Source of the DNA: Lama glama
Lineage: Eukaryota
Assembly (NCBI GenBank): GCA_028534125.1
Contig: CM052817.1
Location: forward strand, 29,886,001-29,950,000
Length of the DNA stretch: 64,000 nt
Reading direction: 5' to 3'
Position 1 is the stretch's first letter. Every line of letters starts with the position of its first letter. A program made the translations under genes and the position numbers. The notes beneath the pieces were generated by a model, which ran no database searches, was not told the DNA's origin, and saw only the letters and a list, made by a program, of their open reading frames with translations. This document shows, in pieces, positions 62,951 through 64,000 of the stretch.

Positions 62951-64000
62951 GAATGTATCGTTTTAGTTTAGTTTAAATTTTATTTTAATTTTCATCTTGA
63001 TAGTTCAAGGAAAGCAGGTCATGGTTGAAAACTACCCCATTTAAAGACCATTAGGAAACATACGTTTTCCATAAGAGTATAAAAAGCATTTCAGCTTATT
63101 AGCTTTCTCTATGATGAATCACAGAATGAATCAGCTTTACACTAGGAAGTCAGCACAGCTCAATAAACTAATCAATGAACTAAAACTTGAGCATATGGTA
63201 TACACACTGTACTCCCCCCAAGATATTTTAAGCTCATCAAAATAGTCCAAAACCAGATGCAGATTCAATTTTTTTTACTGCAACAGTGAAATTTATCCCA
63301 GAAATGATTTTTTACAAACACTTGGAATTTTTATAATACAGTCTCATTCTTGAATGTCTACTTTCCTCACGTTCAATCCATCAATTAGAATATAATGGAA
63401 AGTAGCTTTGTAAAAACTGAGGAAAACTGTAATACAGTTGGCCCTTCATTATTATGTATTTATTGTCAAAGGTTAAGAAAGTGATAAAAACATCCGATCA
63501 TCGCTTACACGCAGATTGATACCAATGCAGTCTTCCAGCATATGCTCAGCATCATAGAAAATGAAATAGGAGGATTGTGAGGTCCACATGCAGCTGGGCA
63601 TACATGTCTGTCAGTAATTTGCTACAGGCAAGTCACCGTGCTAACTGTTTTCTTACTTTTGCTTCCTTTAATGCTTGCAATAAGCCTGTACAGTGTCCTA
63701 AAGAACAGAGGGTTTTTTTATTTTTTTAAATTCATAACAAGAAATCTTGGAATAAGCAGTCCAGCAATGGTATAACAATCATTCTTTTTTTCTGTACATC
63801 AACTTCTACATGTCCTAGTCTTCTGTCTGAATTCCAAGAGGAAGAAGGGGAAGGCCAAAAGCTGAAAAATCTAAGGACTGAGTGCAGACAGCAGCCTAGC
63901 ATATTTCTTAAGAAGAATAAGAAAAGCTCACTAGAGAGAACACCCAAATATTCCAATATTGTACTTATTTTTCGGTACTCACTTCACAGTGTCTGCTGCG

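Noticed and set aside
62307..62976. Three long ORFs (174-219 aa)
   Set aside because: Artefacts of reading through the 500-N gap.
63433..63720. Tigger-like element starting 'tacagttggcccttc'
   Set aside because: Only a TIR-like start is recognisable, with no clear second TIR; too weak to list as a feature.
843..63956. All ORFs in the supplied six-frame track as protein-coding genes
   Set aside because: They are short (60-138 aa outside the gap), often start at non-ATG codons, and are low-complexity or overlap TEs and microsatellites. None resembles a protein I recognise, and I see no consistent exon chain.
1..64000. CRISPR array, prokaryotic operon or defence system, rRNA/tRNA genes, CpG island promoter
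   Set aside because: The sequence is mammalian and repeat-rich. I see no regularly spaced repeat-spacer array, no gene-dense ORFs, no intact tRNA (only a SINE B-box remnant) and no CpG-rich region.

Overview
AT-rich, CpG-depleted mammalian genomic DNA (roughly 35-37% GC by eye). It is very likely camelid (alpaca/llama/camel): it carries a camelid-type tRNA-derived SINE 3' end at 57011-57100 and a cetartiodactyl-type L1 3'UTR at ~21815-22110. I saw no ruminant BovB/Bov-tA, pig PRE1 or primate Alu elements. I cannot support any protein-coding gene, RNA gene, CpG island or CRISPR array. The ORF track consists of chance ORFs, repeat-derived ORFs and N-gap artefacts. The window reads as intergenic or deep-intronic sequence dense with decayed transposons: L1, L2, MIR, MaLR/ERVL/ERV1 solo LTRs and hAT/mariner DNA-element relics. 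It also has several microsatellites and a 500-N scaffold gap (62451-62950). I do not see a convincing novel biological system. The most interesting signals are mechanistic scars: a twin-primed L1 with an internal patchwork insertion copied from DNA ~1 kb upstream; a ~95-bp poly(A)-signal-bearing segment duplicated ~1 kb away; an orphan poly(A)-tailed unique insert with a TSD inside an LTR; a MER41-like LTR with STAT motifs; and a few candidate exons and enhancers. Repeat family names come from my memory of consensus sequences, not from a search. Most repeat boundaries are approximate (about +/-20-50 bp) unless TSDs are given.
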